From Lama guanicoe (Eukaryota), in assembly GCA_013239625.1 (NCBI GenBank), contig MU054001.1, positions 7,055,078-7,119,077 on the forward strand: 64,000 bases of DNA, given 5' to 3'. A program made the translations under genes and the position numbers. The notes under the pieces are model-generated. The model did not search any database. It had not been told where the DNA came from and saw only the letters and a list, made by a program, of their open reading frames with translations. Below, in pieces: positions 1 through 11,444 of the stretch. Position 1 is the first letter of the stretch; each line of letters begins with the position of its first letter.

Positions 1-279
1 TCCTCACTGTCCCTGCATGGTGTCCTCCTCCCTACCACATTTCAAGCCAGGAGGGTCATGATTTGTCCCTGCCTGTCCCTGTTGCCCTCCTGTTCTTTGG
101 GTGGACCATGGAGTATGCTGGCCTTTCATCTCCTAGTGTCTGATATTAGGATTCTTTCTTTTTTTAATTGAAGTCTAGCTGATTTACAATACTGTTAGTT
201 TCAAGTGTACAGCAAAGTGATTCAGTTATATATACACCTATTTTTTTCAGGTTACTTTCCAATGATAGAGTTTTCTTGA

Positions 280-1212
280 TTTTAGATTTTTCCATTTCAT
301 CATGTTGAGTATATCATGCCACTCCCTTTGACCTGCAGAGTTTCTGCTGAAAAATCAGTTGTGGGCATTCCATTATATGTAACTTGATGCTTTTCCATTG
401 CTGCTTTGAATATTTTCTCTTTATGTTTAATTTTTGCCATTTTAATTACAATGTGTCTTGGTGTAGTCCTCTTTGACTTAATCCTGTTTGAGATTTTCTC
501 TGCTTCCTGGACCTGGATGTCTGTTTCTCTGGCTAGGGAAGTTTTCACCTTTATGCCTACAAATATATTCTCTGCCCCTTTCTATCTCTGTTCTCCTTCT
601 GGGATCCTGATAATGTGAATGTTGTTCCAGAGGTCACTTGAACTGTCCTCATTTCTTTTTATTCCTTTTTCTGTTCAGCTTCAGTGATTTCTACTATTCT
701 GTCTTCCAGCTAGCTGGTCTTTTCCTCTGTATCATTTAATTTACTATTGGTTTCTTATTTATTTTTCATTTCAGTTGTTGTATTTTCATCTCTGTTTGGT
801 TCTTCTTTATATTTTCTCTTTGTTAACCTTACTGTGTTCATCCAGTTTTCTCCCATGTTCTTTGATCATCTTTTGATCATTACCTTGAACTCTTTATCAG
901 GTAGATTGCTTATCTCCACTACACTTAGTTCTTCTTGTGTGATTTTATCTTGTTCCTTCCAATGGAACCTGTTCCTCTGTCATTTTGCCTAGTTGCCATT
1001 TATGGGTTGCCTATCCTGGGGTTGTAGGTCTTGACTAGCAGATCTCTGCGTCTCCTACTTGTCTCATTGTGGTTCCTTGTTTATATTGGAAATATTTTCT
1101 GCTAGTCGTCAGGTTGCTCTCATTGATAGTTGCTCTGTAAATAATTTTAATTTTGGTGTGCCTGTCAGGGTAGGTGCTCATGGGTCTCCCTACTTTGCCA
1201 TCTTGGCCACCA
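280..1212 (-). mobile_element. Old L1 5' fragment (short 5' UTR plus degraded ORF1)
   Basis: The minus-strand ORF at 300-548 (RTTPRHIVIKMAKIKHKEKIFKAAMEKHQVTY) is L1 ORF1p. A typical L1 5' end (ccaagatggc on the - strand) lies near 1200. Confidence 0.8.
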
Positions 1213-1224
1213 GTATAAGGTTAA

Positions 1225-4200
1225 CTCTAGATTATTTTGTTGTTGTTGATATTCTTAATCAAATTGAGAAAGTTTTCTTTCTTTTTGCTTTTTGAGAACT
1301 TTTATAAGGAATATATGTTGACTCTTATTAAATGTTTTTTTCTGCATCTAGTTTTTATGGATTACAAATGATTGATTTTCAAATTTTGAACCAACCTTGT
1401 ATCCCTGAAATAAGCTTCACTTAATCATAGTGTGTAATTTTTTTATATATTGCTGAATTATATTGCTAATATTTTACTAAGAATTTACTTGTATGTCTAT
1501 ATTCATGAGGGATATTGGTTTGAAGTTTTATTTATTTCTATTGTCTTTGTCTGGTTTTGTTATCAGAGTAACACTAGTTTCATGAAATGAATTTGGAGAT
1601 GTTCCCTTCTTTCCTGTTTTCTGGAAGAGATTGTGTAGAATTGGTTTTTTTTTTTTTTTAAGATTTCTCCGGTGAAATCAACTGGGCCTGGAGATTTCTT
1701 TTTTGGGAGTTTTAAAATTATGAATTGAGTTTCCTTAATAGCTATATGGCTTTTCAGTGACTTACTCATATTGAGTGAGTTAATGGATACACTCAGGGTA
1801 CAGAGCCCCCATGGCCAGGCACCGTTTTTGGTGAAAGGCTTTTCTGTTTGACAGTGGTGGTGGCAGGCTCTCTAGTGCACCAGGTGTTATATGCACCACC
1901 CCCAACACAGCCTGCTGGGCCTCACACCAGCCTGGAGAGGCAGGCGGACCATTTCTTCTTCTAACTTATCAAACTCATAGAGTTGTTTATGGTAAACCCT
2001 TATTCTTTTGATGTTTGCAGAGCCTGTGATGATATCCTACATTTTATTCTTGATATTTGTAGTTTGTATAGTCTCTCTCTCTCTCTCTCTTTTTTTTTTT
2101 TTGCTTTGCCATTCTTGCTAGAATTGTCAATTATGTTGATTTTTTTCAGAGTGCCAACTCTTTCATTATTATTATTCTGTTTCATTATTATTATTATTAT
2201 CAATTCTGTTTCATTATTTTGTTTTCAGTTTTATTTATTTTTGCTCTTGTCTTTATTATTTCTTTCCTTCTGTTTGCTGTAGTTTTATTTTGCTTTTTTT
2301 CTGGGTTCTTCAGGTAAGAGCCTAGATTGTTGATTGAAGACTTTTCCTCTTTTTTTTTTAACATTTTTTATTGATTTATAATCATTTTACAATGTGTCAA
2401 ATTCCAATGTAGGGCACAATTTTTCAATTATGCATGAACATATATATATTCATTGTCACGTTCCTTTCTCTGTGAGCTACAATAAGATCTTGTATATATT
2501 TCCCTGTGCTATACAGTATAATCTTGTTTACCTATTCTACAATTTTGAAATCCCAGTCTGTCTCTTCCCATCCCCCACCCCCTTGGCAACCACAAGTCTG
2601 TATTCTATGTCTATGAGTCTATTTCTGTTCTGTATTTATGATTTGTTTGTTTTTGTTTTTGTTTTTAAGACGTTTCCTCTTTTCTGATGTATGTTTTTAA
2701 TGCTGTAAATTTCCCTCTTGGCACTGATATAGCAAATTTTGATATGTTGCATTTTCATTTTTGATCCATGTAGTATTTAGAAGTGTGTTTTTTAATTTCC
2801 AGGTATTTGGAATTTTACTGTTATCTTTTGTTGATTTCTGGTTTGATTCCATGCAGTGTATAATTTATTCTTTCAATTTTGTTGAGGTTTGTTTTTATGG
2901 TCCAGGATATGATCTGTCTTGGTTCCATAGGCCTTTGAAAGGTAATGTGTATTCTGCTGTTATTGAATGGAATATTCTATAAATGTCAACTAGATCATAT
3001 TGGTTGATATTGTTTTTCAATTCTTCTATATTCTTTCTGATTTTCTGTCTAGTTCTTGTGTCAGTTGTTGAGAGGTGGATGTTAAAGTCTCCAACTATAA
3101 TTGTGGATTTATCTGTTTCTCCTTTCAGTCCTTAGTTTTTGCTACACATATTTTGTAATTCTGCTATTTGGTGCATACCCATTTAGGATTGCTGTCTTTT
3201 TGGTAAATCAACCTGTTTATCATTATATAATGTTAACTGTCTGTCTCTGGTAATTTTCTTTGCTTTGAATTCTACTTTATTTGATATTAATAAAGTCACA
3301 TTTGCCTTCCTTTGATTAAAGTTTGCATCATATATATTTTTCTATCCTTTTATTTTCATCCCGCCTTTATTCTATTTGAAGTGAACTGTAGATAGCATAT
3401 TATTTTTTAGTAATTTTTAATCCACTTTGCCCGTCTCTGTCATTTAATTGGTATATTTAGACCATTTACACTTGATGTAATTATTGATGTTAAGTCTTTA
3501 TTCTATCATTTTATTTTTTGTTTTCTATTCTCTGGCTTTCATTTTTCTCTTTTTTTGCTGTTGTGGGTTACCTGAACATTTTTCAGAATTCTATTTTTTT
3601 GAGTATATCTCTTTATATGTCTTTAAGTGGTTGCTTTAGACATTGCATTATATATGCATAACATATCACAGTTTACTACAGTTTACTGATGTTGTCATTT
3701 CACCAGCTTAAGTGAAGTATAGAAACTTTCTTCCCTTAGCATCTCTTTACCATCCCCTGTTTATAATTGTCTTAAATGTTTTGTCTACATGCTTCTAGAA
3801 CCACATTAGACAGTGTTGTTTTTAGTTTCAAAAGTAATTTAGAAACTCAAAGAAGGAAACATATTGTATTTACTCATATTTTTGTTTACTCAGCACTTTC
3901 TTCCTTTCTGATGTTCTAAGATGTCCCCTTTTATTGTTTCTTTTTTGATTAGAGAACTTCTGGTAGCTATTCTATTAGGGTTGGTCTGCTGGTGATAAAT
4001 TCTCTTCATTATCCTTCATCTTAGACTGTCTTGATTCTTCTTATTCCTGAAGGATATTTTCACTGGGTATAGGATTCTAAGTTGACAGTTTTTTTCTTTT
4101 AGCCCTTTTGAACAATACTGTACCACTTTCTTCTGGCCTCCATGGTTTCTGATGAGAAATCTTCCTCATTTGAATTTTTCCCTAATAGGTAAGACATTGT

Positions 4201-5780
4201 TTTTCTTGGACTACTTTCATGATTTTTTTTTCTTCTTTTTTTCCCCCTTTCCTCCCCACTCACCCTCCCTTTTTGGTCTTAAGTTTTCAGAAGTTTAATT
4301 ATTATTATCTTGGAATAAATTTACTTGAGTTTATCCTATTTGGGGTTTTCTCAGCTTCTTGAATCTGTAGGTTTAATATCTTGCCAAATTTGGGAGTTTT
4401 AAACTATTTTTTGTTTTTTGTTTGTTTGCTGTTGTTGTTTCCTTCACACTTCTTTCTTTCTAGAACTCTGATGACACAAATTTTAGATCTTTTGTTTTTG
4501 TTCCACAGATCCCTGAGGCTATGTTCACTTTTCTTTACCAGTACAATTTTTTCCTCTGTTCAGACTGGATAATTTCTATTGTTCTGTCTTCCATTTCACT
4601 GATTCTTTACTTTTTTTTCCTTTCGGCTGCTATACCTATCCTCTGAGCTTTTTATTTCAGTTATAGTATTTTTCAGTTTTGAAATTTCCATTTGGTTCTT
4701 TATATCTTGTTTATTTGTTCAGCCTTTCATTTTTCATTTGTTTAAAATATATTCATAATTGCCCATTAAAGCATATTTATTATGGCTGATTTAAAACCAT
4801 TGTCAGCTAATTCCAACATCTCTGACATCTTGGTTTTGTCTTCTACTGATTACCTTATTCCCTTTGACGTCTTCTTGGTGCTTGATACGACTAGTGCTTT
4901 TCAACTGAAATTGGATATTTTATATTATGTTGTGAGAATCTAGATCTCCTGTTTTAGCTAGGCTTTTCTTACACCACTACAGGAGTGGATAAGGTGGAGG
5001 ATACTTCCTTGTTACTACCAGGTGGAGGTAGAAGTCCAGGTTCCCCATTTGGCCTCTGTCGACATTTTAGTTGAGTGGGGAAGCTCCTTGTTAACTGCTG
5101 GGTGGGGGTGAGAATTTCAGCTTCCCACATGTCTGCACTGATGCTCTGGTGCATGGCAGTGGTCTTGTTACCACTGGCAATGATGAAAGTCCCAGCCCTC
5201 CACAGGCCTGCTCTCATATCACTGCAGTGGGGTGGGAGCGCAGCACTTTGTTACTGTTGGGTAGGGGTACAAGTCCAGGCTGCTCCTCACGTAGTCTCTG
5301 TAAGGGGGAGGGCCTTGTAACCATCTGGTGGGGATGAAAATCCTTGGCCTTAACTGATGCCATCTCATTGTGGGTGTTGGGGTGCCTGGTCACAGCCTCA
5401 AGAGGGTGGAAGTCTAAGCTCCTCTTTGGCACTTGCCAGCATGGGTTGGGGTGGGCCAGTTATTTTCCTACGGTATTTAGCTGGAATAAAGCTATTGTTT
5501 CAAAGTTTCTGTCCTCTTAGGCTACCTGATCCTTTGGCTAGAGAGATCAGGCTTTTGAGGAGGCTTTTCTGGTCTGTGTCTGATGTTTATGGATTTCCAG
5601 CTTCTTTAGCTTCTTGCCTGGGAATATGAGGCAAAAAGAAAACCCAGGGAATGCATCACTGTGTTGGTGTCATTCTTAGGTGTTGAAGTGTGTAGCTGAT
5701 CTGCCTTCTTTACTCTACTTTCCTTCTCATATTTGTTTTATGTGTAATGTCCATGGTTTTTACTTGTACCATCATCTTAG
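1225..5780 (-). mobile_element. Ancient degraded L1 (ORF2/ORF1/5' region), intronic and antisense to the host gene
   Basis: Minus-strand remnant KLPKKKSPGPVDFTGE (L1 ORF2p) at 1563-1769; continuous T-rich L1-antisense sequence. Confidence 0.75.
2354..2666 (-). mobile_element. 5'-truncated lineage-specific L1 3' end nested in the older L1
   Basis: T-tail plus L1 3' UTR; TSD AAGAC(T/G)TTTCCTCTTTT at 2337-2353 and 2667-2683. The same family occurs at 14053 and 58690. Confidence 0.85.
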
Positions 5781-6413
5781 AAGTGCCACCTTCTTTGATT
5801 TCTTTTTAGTTAACCAAATATCTGTTAAGTTTCATAGCATATTTTGAACATGATTGTCCCATTTACTAGGTGGCTGCTGGCTTAAATTACTCTTTTCTTT
5901 AAGTTTTACATGATCCTGATAATTTCATATTTAACTTTAACTGTCTTGTTGTATATGTATTTGTAATGTTATTGCCCCTAAATCTTTTTTTGTACATAGC
6001 TTCTAGCAGAAAATCTCTTAGCTGAAGGCCCATTTCTCAGATCTTTTTACCTCTCTACAGAGAGTTAGGTAAAAAGATCCCACTACATATGTTTTAGTAA
6101 TCCCTAAAGGAGGAAGTCATAATAAATTTTTCTCATGGTACACTACTATTCCTAGAAAAACGACTCAACATATATGTGATAGATGTGTCATAAATGGTTA
6201 ATAGCGACTCTTCATCTAGGATATTGTGTATAAAATTATTCCAAAAATGATTTTTTAAATAATCACAGAGGTTTGAGTGAATCATTTTTTCTTACCAAAG
6301 TGCCTAGCATAGCATCAGGAAATAAATTATTCCTGTTACTGTTACTTTTTCTGTTGGTAACATGTGGTGCCAAAGGACAGTGTGAGAGACTTGGGCCATG
6401 CATGGGTCTTTCT

Positions 6414-6538
6414 TTCTTTCTTCTTTTTTTTTTTTTTTTGATATAAACAAGATTTTTATTAGTGAAGTAAAAAAAAAAATAGTGAAATGTAGTACACTCC
6501 CGAGAATTGGGAGCAGGTCAGTCCAAGAGAGGAAAAGT
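6414..6538 (-). mobile_element. Short L1-mediated retroposed sequence (poly(A)-tailed, LTR-like 3' end)
   Basis: Perfect 20-bp TSD GGCCATGCATGGGTCTTTCT at 6394-6413 and 6539-6558; long T tract; AATAAA on the - strand about 16 nt before the tail. Confidence 0.85.
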
Positions 6539-7573
6539 GGCCATGCATGGGTCTTTCTGGTTACTATATACGTATAAACAAGACATGTGAATTGGCTGCT
6601 AATTTAACACGCGTGTAGTAGTGGAGACCATTAATTGCTTTAACTCATAGAAGTGATTTTCAAGTTAGGTTGGGATATTTTTAAACTGGTGTGCTTTTAA
6701 AAATACAGGATCATATTTCTATCCACAACTTAACAATATTTTATAAGATTTGAATACTGTTCTCTAATTATCTCTGAGAGGATGGTCATTTTGAATAAGT
6801 GTATCTTTCAACAAAATTGTTAGATGACTTTTTTGGGCAGAGTCAGAAAACTGATTTGTCCAGATGATAGAGAGTTAAACAGATAACAAGTGTTGATACT
6901 CTTAGCCATTGTTGTGTGTGTGTGTTTGAAAATGGTAAGTGATAGACAGCTTGCTGGAAGTGGAGCAAATGGAAATGTTCATTAAGATACCCATAAACCT
7001 TTCTATCAAACACTTTATATATTTGTACTGTGTTAATGTCTGAGAAGTGATATAGTAAACCTTCTCTTATAGTCTTTCTTATTTAAAACTGATTGTCATT
7101 ATCTTAAAATGTAACTTATAGGGTGCTGGTATTGAAATATATCCTGGGAGTAAGTGCACCCTGAGTGATAACGGGATCCATCACTGCAAGGAAGGGATCC
7201 TCATTAAGGTGAGCATCTGCTGAGACACCCTCTTTCCAAAGGCTAGAACAATTTCACCTAAGAAATAATTGTTTTATTAAATTCCCATGTTGGGTTTGTT
7301 GTTTTCTGGCTTTGAAAAGCATAAACAGTATATAAATTTTAATAACATCAATAGTTAGTGGTTGAAAGTCTCTTGTGAGAACACTTTACTGTCTGTAGAT
7401 CTGTAGAAATGACGAGGAATGCTCTGTCACTCAGAGTTCAGACTGTGCTACCACGTATTAATAAGCATAGCTTTCTAGTCCATTTTTAGAATAGCCTGAA
7501 AAAAGTGAGATTTCTTAAAGCAGGCAGTGTTGAATGTGATAGTTTCTTAAAACTTTTGTTTTCAATGTCTTAG

Positions 7574-7715
7574 GACTTCTTAGATGAACATTATGACATT
7601 CCAAAAATATCCATGGTGAATAATGTCATACATAATAATGAAGGTTATGGTGTTGTCTTGGTGAAACCTACAATTTTCTCTGACCTGCAAGAAAATGCCC
7701 AAGATGGAAGTGAAG
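7574..7715 (+). CDS. Penultimate coding exon of an unidentified protein-coding gene
   Basis: Acceptor ...tgtcttag and donor GAAG/gtatg. The 142-nt exon is open (DFLDEHYDIPKISMVNNVIHNNEGYGVVLVKPTIFSDLQENAQDGSE plus 1 nt) and its phase matches the next exon. Confidence 0.85.
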
Positions 7716-8339
7716 GTATGCTGTATTTAGTAATTTTCAAAATAAAAATCAGACCTAACTTGTTTTATTTCAGCATTAAACTCTGATTAAGGATCTGAAT
7801 TGTCTTTTCCACACCCCCACCAAAAAAAAACAACAACAAAAATAACTGGCAGATGCTTGGATGTGGAGATGGAGAAGCTTGGTAAAGCTATAGCATAGAA
7901 TTTCCGAGTGAAAGAAACTTTCAAGATCAGCTAGTTCAGCTACTCATTTAGAACCTTGATAAGTGGTTTCTGAGGTCCTGCAGTTCCCTTCTTATCATGC
8001 TTGGCCCTCTAAATTTATAGAATAAGGATGGACATATGATAGCAATGATGGCTCCTGCTGGCATTTGTTAAGGGTGGAGGCAGAGAAATCAATGTGCCAA
8101 GTGGAAGCCTGCATTCACTGGAGGGGATTGTGGAGTTTGCCTCTATTTTTTATTTGTAGAAGTAAATGCCTCCCTGTCAACTGTCTTTCTTGGCAGCAAA
8201 GCTGAGCTAACTCAGTGGGAAATTCATGAATTTCAAGCCATGACTCAGATCACTCTGAAATCTCAGTCATGGAGAAGAATTACGCATTGGCATTGGTGAT
8301 GAAAGTTTAAAGGGTGATGAGTAGTCCTTGTCATCCTTC

Positions 8340-8935
8340 AGGATCCACTCCAGTTATCTGTGTGTTCTTTTTCTCCTCACAGTTCTATAGCTCAGAAGTT
8401 TAGGTAGGTTTGGCCAGGTTATCTGCTTAGGGTCTCACAAAGACGAAATTGAGGGATCAGCTGGGCGGGGCTCTTATCTGAAAGCTCTCAGGGGAGAATC
8501 TGCTTGCAAGCTCATTTATGTTGTTGGCAGAATCAATTTCCTTGAGCTTGTAGGATAGAGGTCTCCAATTTAAAAAATTTTTTTTCGCTGGCTGTTGACT
8601 GGGGATTGCTCTTAGCTCTTCAGGGCCACTCTCAGGTCCTTGCCCTGTGACCCTCTCCATTTTACCAACAGAGAACCTCCGTAAGCAAATCTCTCATGCT
8701 TTGACTCTTTCTCGTGCTTTGAATCTCGTCATGCATTCTTCTTCATTCAGCCAAAGAAAACCCTATTACAGGGTTCATAGGATTAGATTAGGTTCACCTG
8801 AATTTTTATTCTTAAGGTAAACTGATTAGTAACCTTAGTTACATCTGCAAAATCCTTTTGTCACTTAATAGTCATGAAAGTAACACTAAGGGGCAGGTAT
8901 CATGGAGGTCATCTAGAGTTCCGGCCATCACAGGC
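8340..8935. mobile_element. MaLR LTR (MLT1-type) in the last intron
   Basis: MLT1-like motifs (gggtctcacaa..., ggagaatctgcttgcaagctcatt..gttgttggcagaatcaatttccttg, acatctgcaaaatcc). Confidence 0.7.
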
Positions 8936-9303
8936 AGTCGCTTATAATGTTATAATTAGCTGCTAAATTAGGAGTTCTGTTAGGGAGAATAGCACTGTTT
9001 TACTTATCTTTGCATCTGACTCCTAACATAGTGCTCAGTGTTTATTAGATATCCAAGAGATGTCTGTTGAATGAGTGAGATTTAGGATAAAAAGAGAAAA
9101 TTCAAAATTGGTAATCCTGTATGAAGGTCAGGAAACCTTGATATGAAGAATAAGAGATACTTAAGACTTGAGAAAGTCCCGTCAGATGAGTGCAGGAATC
9201 CTTGACAGAAAAAAAACTTGAAATACGTTATGTTTTATATAGATAACATATGTTTCAGTTGGGTTTGTATATTTAACTTTTTTGTTGTCATTTGTTTCTT
9301 CAG

Positions 9304-9629
9304 AAAATAAAGCACTTAAAATTCAGACAGGTGGAGATGCAGATGTAGCTGAAAGAGTGGATCTAGAAGAGCTGATTCAATGTGCAACTGGTAAAATGGA
9401 GCTTTATGAGAGAGCTGACCTCTCTGAGCAAGTCGAAGGCAATTGTGAAATTGTAAATGAACTAGTTGCTGCCTCCACACAGAAAGGCCAGATGAAGAAG
9501 AAAAGGTTGAGTGAACTGGGGATCACGCAAGCTGATGACAACTTAATGTCACAGGAGATGTTTGTTTCAATTCTGGGGAACCAGTTCAAGTGGAATGGGA
9601 AAGGGAGTTTCGGCACATTTCTTTTCTGA
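9304..9629 (+). CDS. Terminal coding exon of the same gene (ENKALKIQTG...NQFKWNGKGSFGTFLF*)
   Basis: Polypyrimidine tract and cag acceptor at 9301-9303; the phase-1 join G|AA gives Glu, in frame with ORF 9282..9629; non-repetitive, protein-like composition; TGA stop. Confidence 0.88.
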
Positions 9630-10660
9630 TGTAAAGAGATAGCAAAATACTGACTTTTGCATGTGCTGCCCCAAGAATCACTGCTGCTATCATACTTTGC
9701 TTCGTGTCTATATTTTGTAGCTGATACTCAATTGGGTTTGAGTGAAATGCAGATTTATTTTAGTCTGCAGGTGTTGCACATAAACCATTCTTTTATAAGC
9801 AAGGTCATAAAAACATAAGAAATCTCCAAGTATTTTCTATTTTATCTAGAAAGTCTTGACTAAAAACAGTCTTTCACGTTAACTCTATTAACAACTTTCT
9901 AGTATAAATACACTTTAATCTAGCACTTCAAAGAGGAGGAAGAAAGGCAGAGAATGCAAGCTGAGTGCACAAAAACGCAGTAGGTGTCAAATGTGCAGTA
10001 TTCTTACAATTGTCTTTTTATCCCAATTATAGTGAGTCTGATATCCATGCTTTATCTGCCTAATACTTGTCTTAAAAGCTTTTATGATTGGGAGGTTATC
10101 TGCCTAATCAGACTATTGAGAATCTGAGTGGGATGCTTTTTTATGTTGAACTATGTAATCATCAAAACAGTAATAGATAGCATAGCAGGTTTGAATCAGA
10201 AATGAAATCAGTTATTCAGAGCCAGTGTGTACATAGAGCATTTTCACTATTGCTGAATATAAGTGATGAAAAAGGTGCTTTTCTTTTACCAGAACAGTAT
10301 TCTGATCAAATTTCTTACACAGTCAAAATGATTACCTATACAACCTACATCAGCTCTGTGTTCTTGATATCATATTGTAAAGCACAACTTTAAAAAGTAT
10401 TTATATTTTAAAAATATATGTGACATTAATATTCCACTGAGTAAAATTATAATGATGAAATGATAAATCAAATCTTGCTATATCTTTCCAAACGCGTTAT
10501 GGGCCAGAGTGCCTGTGTGGCATGTGTGACCCTTTGAAGGACATAATTTTGATATCTTTTTAGTGTTTTGATATCTTTTTAGTGTTTCAGAAAGAGTATT
10601 AACATTTTTCTCAGTGCAGTTGTTTCTTAAATTTGAATAAATTATAATTTTTATATTTCA
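9630..10660 (+). other. Probable 3' UTR of the host gene
   Basis: Unique AT-rich sequence after the stop, ending at a canonical poly(A) signal. Confidence 0.6.
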
Positions 10661-10705
10661 GATGCTATCAATTGTAGAAGGATTTGTGTTTGATTTTTTT
10701 GTTTG
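10636..10705 (+). terminator. Poly(A) signal AATAAA with downstream GU/U-rich element
   Basis: AATAAA at 10636-10641, followed by tttgtgtttgattttttgtttg at about 10683-10705. Confidence 0.6.
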
Positions 10706-11172
10706 ACCATTGAAAGGTATTTCTTACTCTTTAAATCCTGTTGCAAAAGTAACACTAATTAATTCTGCATCAACTTGACCCAAATACTTATTTAAAAACC
10801 ATTTATTCAACTTTAAAAAATTAAATTGGTTTTCCAATTGAATTTCCATTTTATCTTGGAGTTTAGACTGTATTTCTCTTATAACTTGCTAGAACGTCAG
10901 GAGAGTGACAAGTAGCGAGGTAAGTAAAGCTAATACCTTCTTTGTTCCTTATTATAGCATGATAGTTTTTCAGATTTCATTTATCATACAAAAAACCAAA
11001 TTACAGATGGATTAGAAATGTAAATTTAAGCAAGCCTATAAAAGTACTAGAAGATAATATAAAATATTTTCATAATCTTCTAATAGACAAGCCCTATGTA
11101 AATAAATCACAAGACCCAGGAAAGTAGATTTGACTATACTTGTAATACTTAAAACTTAAGTGAAACAAAATA

Positions 11173-11444
11173 CAGTTGGCCCTCCATATCTGTGGGTTCC
11201 ACCTCCATGGATTCAACTAATCAGATTACGGACCAAAAATATTCAGGAAAAAAAATTTCCACAAACTTCCAAAAAGCAAAACTTGAAATTGCTGCATGCC
11301 AGCAGCTACTTACACAGCATTTACATTGTGTTTACAACTATTTACATAGCATTATATTGTATTAGGTATTATAAGCAATCTAGAGATGATTTCAAGTGTA
11401 TGGGAGGATGTGTGTACATTATGTGTTAATACTACACCACTTTT
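11173..11444. mobile_element. Tigger/MER2-group DNA transposon, left part
   Basis: TA followed by the terminus CAGTTGGCCCTCCATATCTGTGGGTTCC; the element resumes at 14930 after an insertion. Confidence 0.75.
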
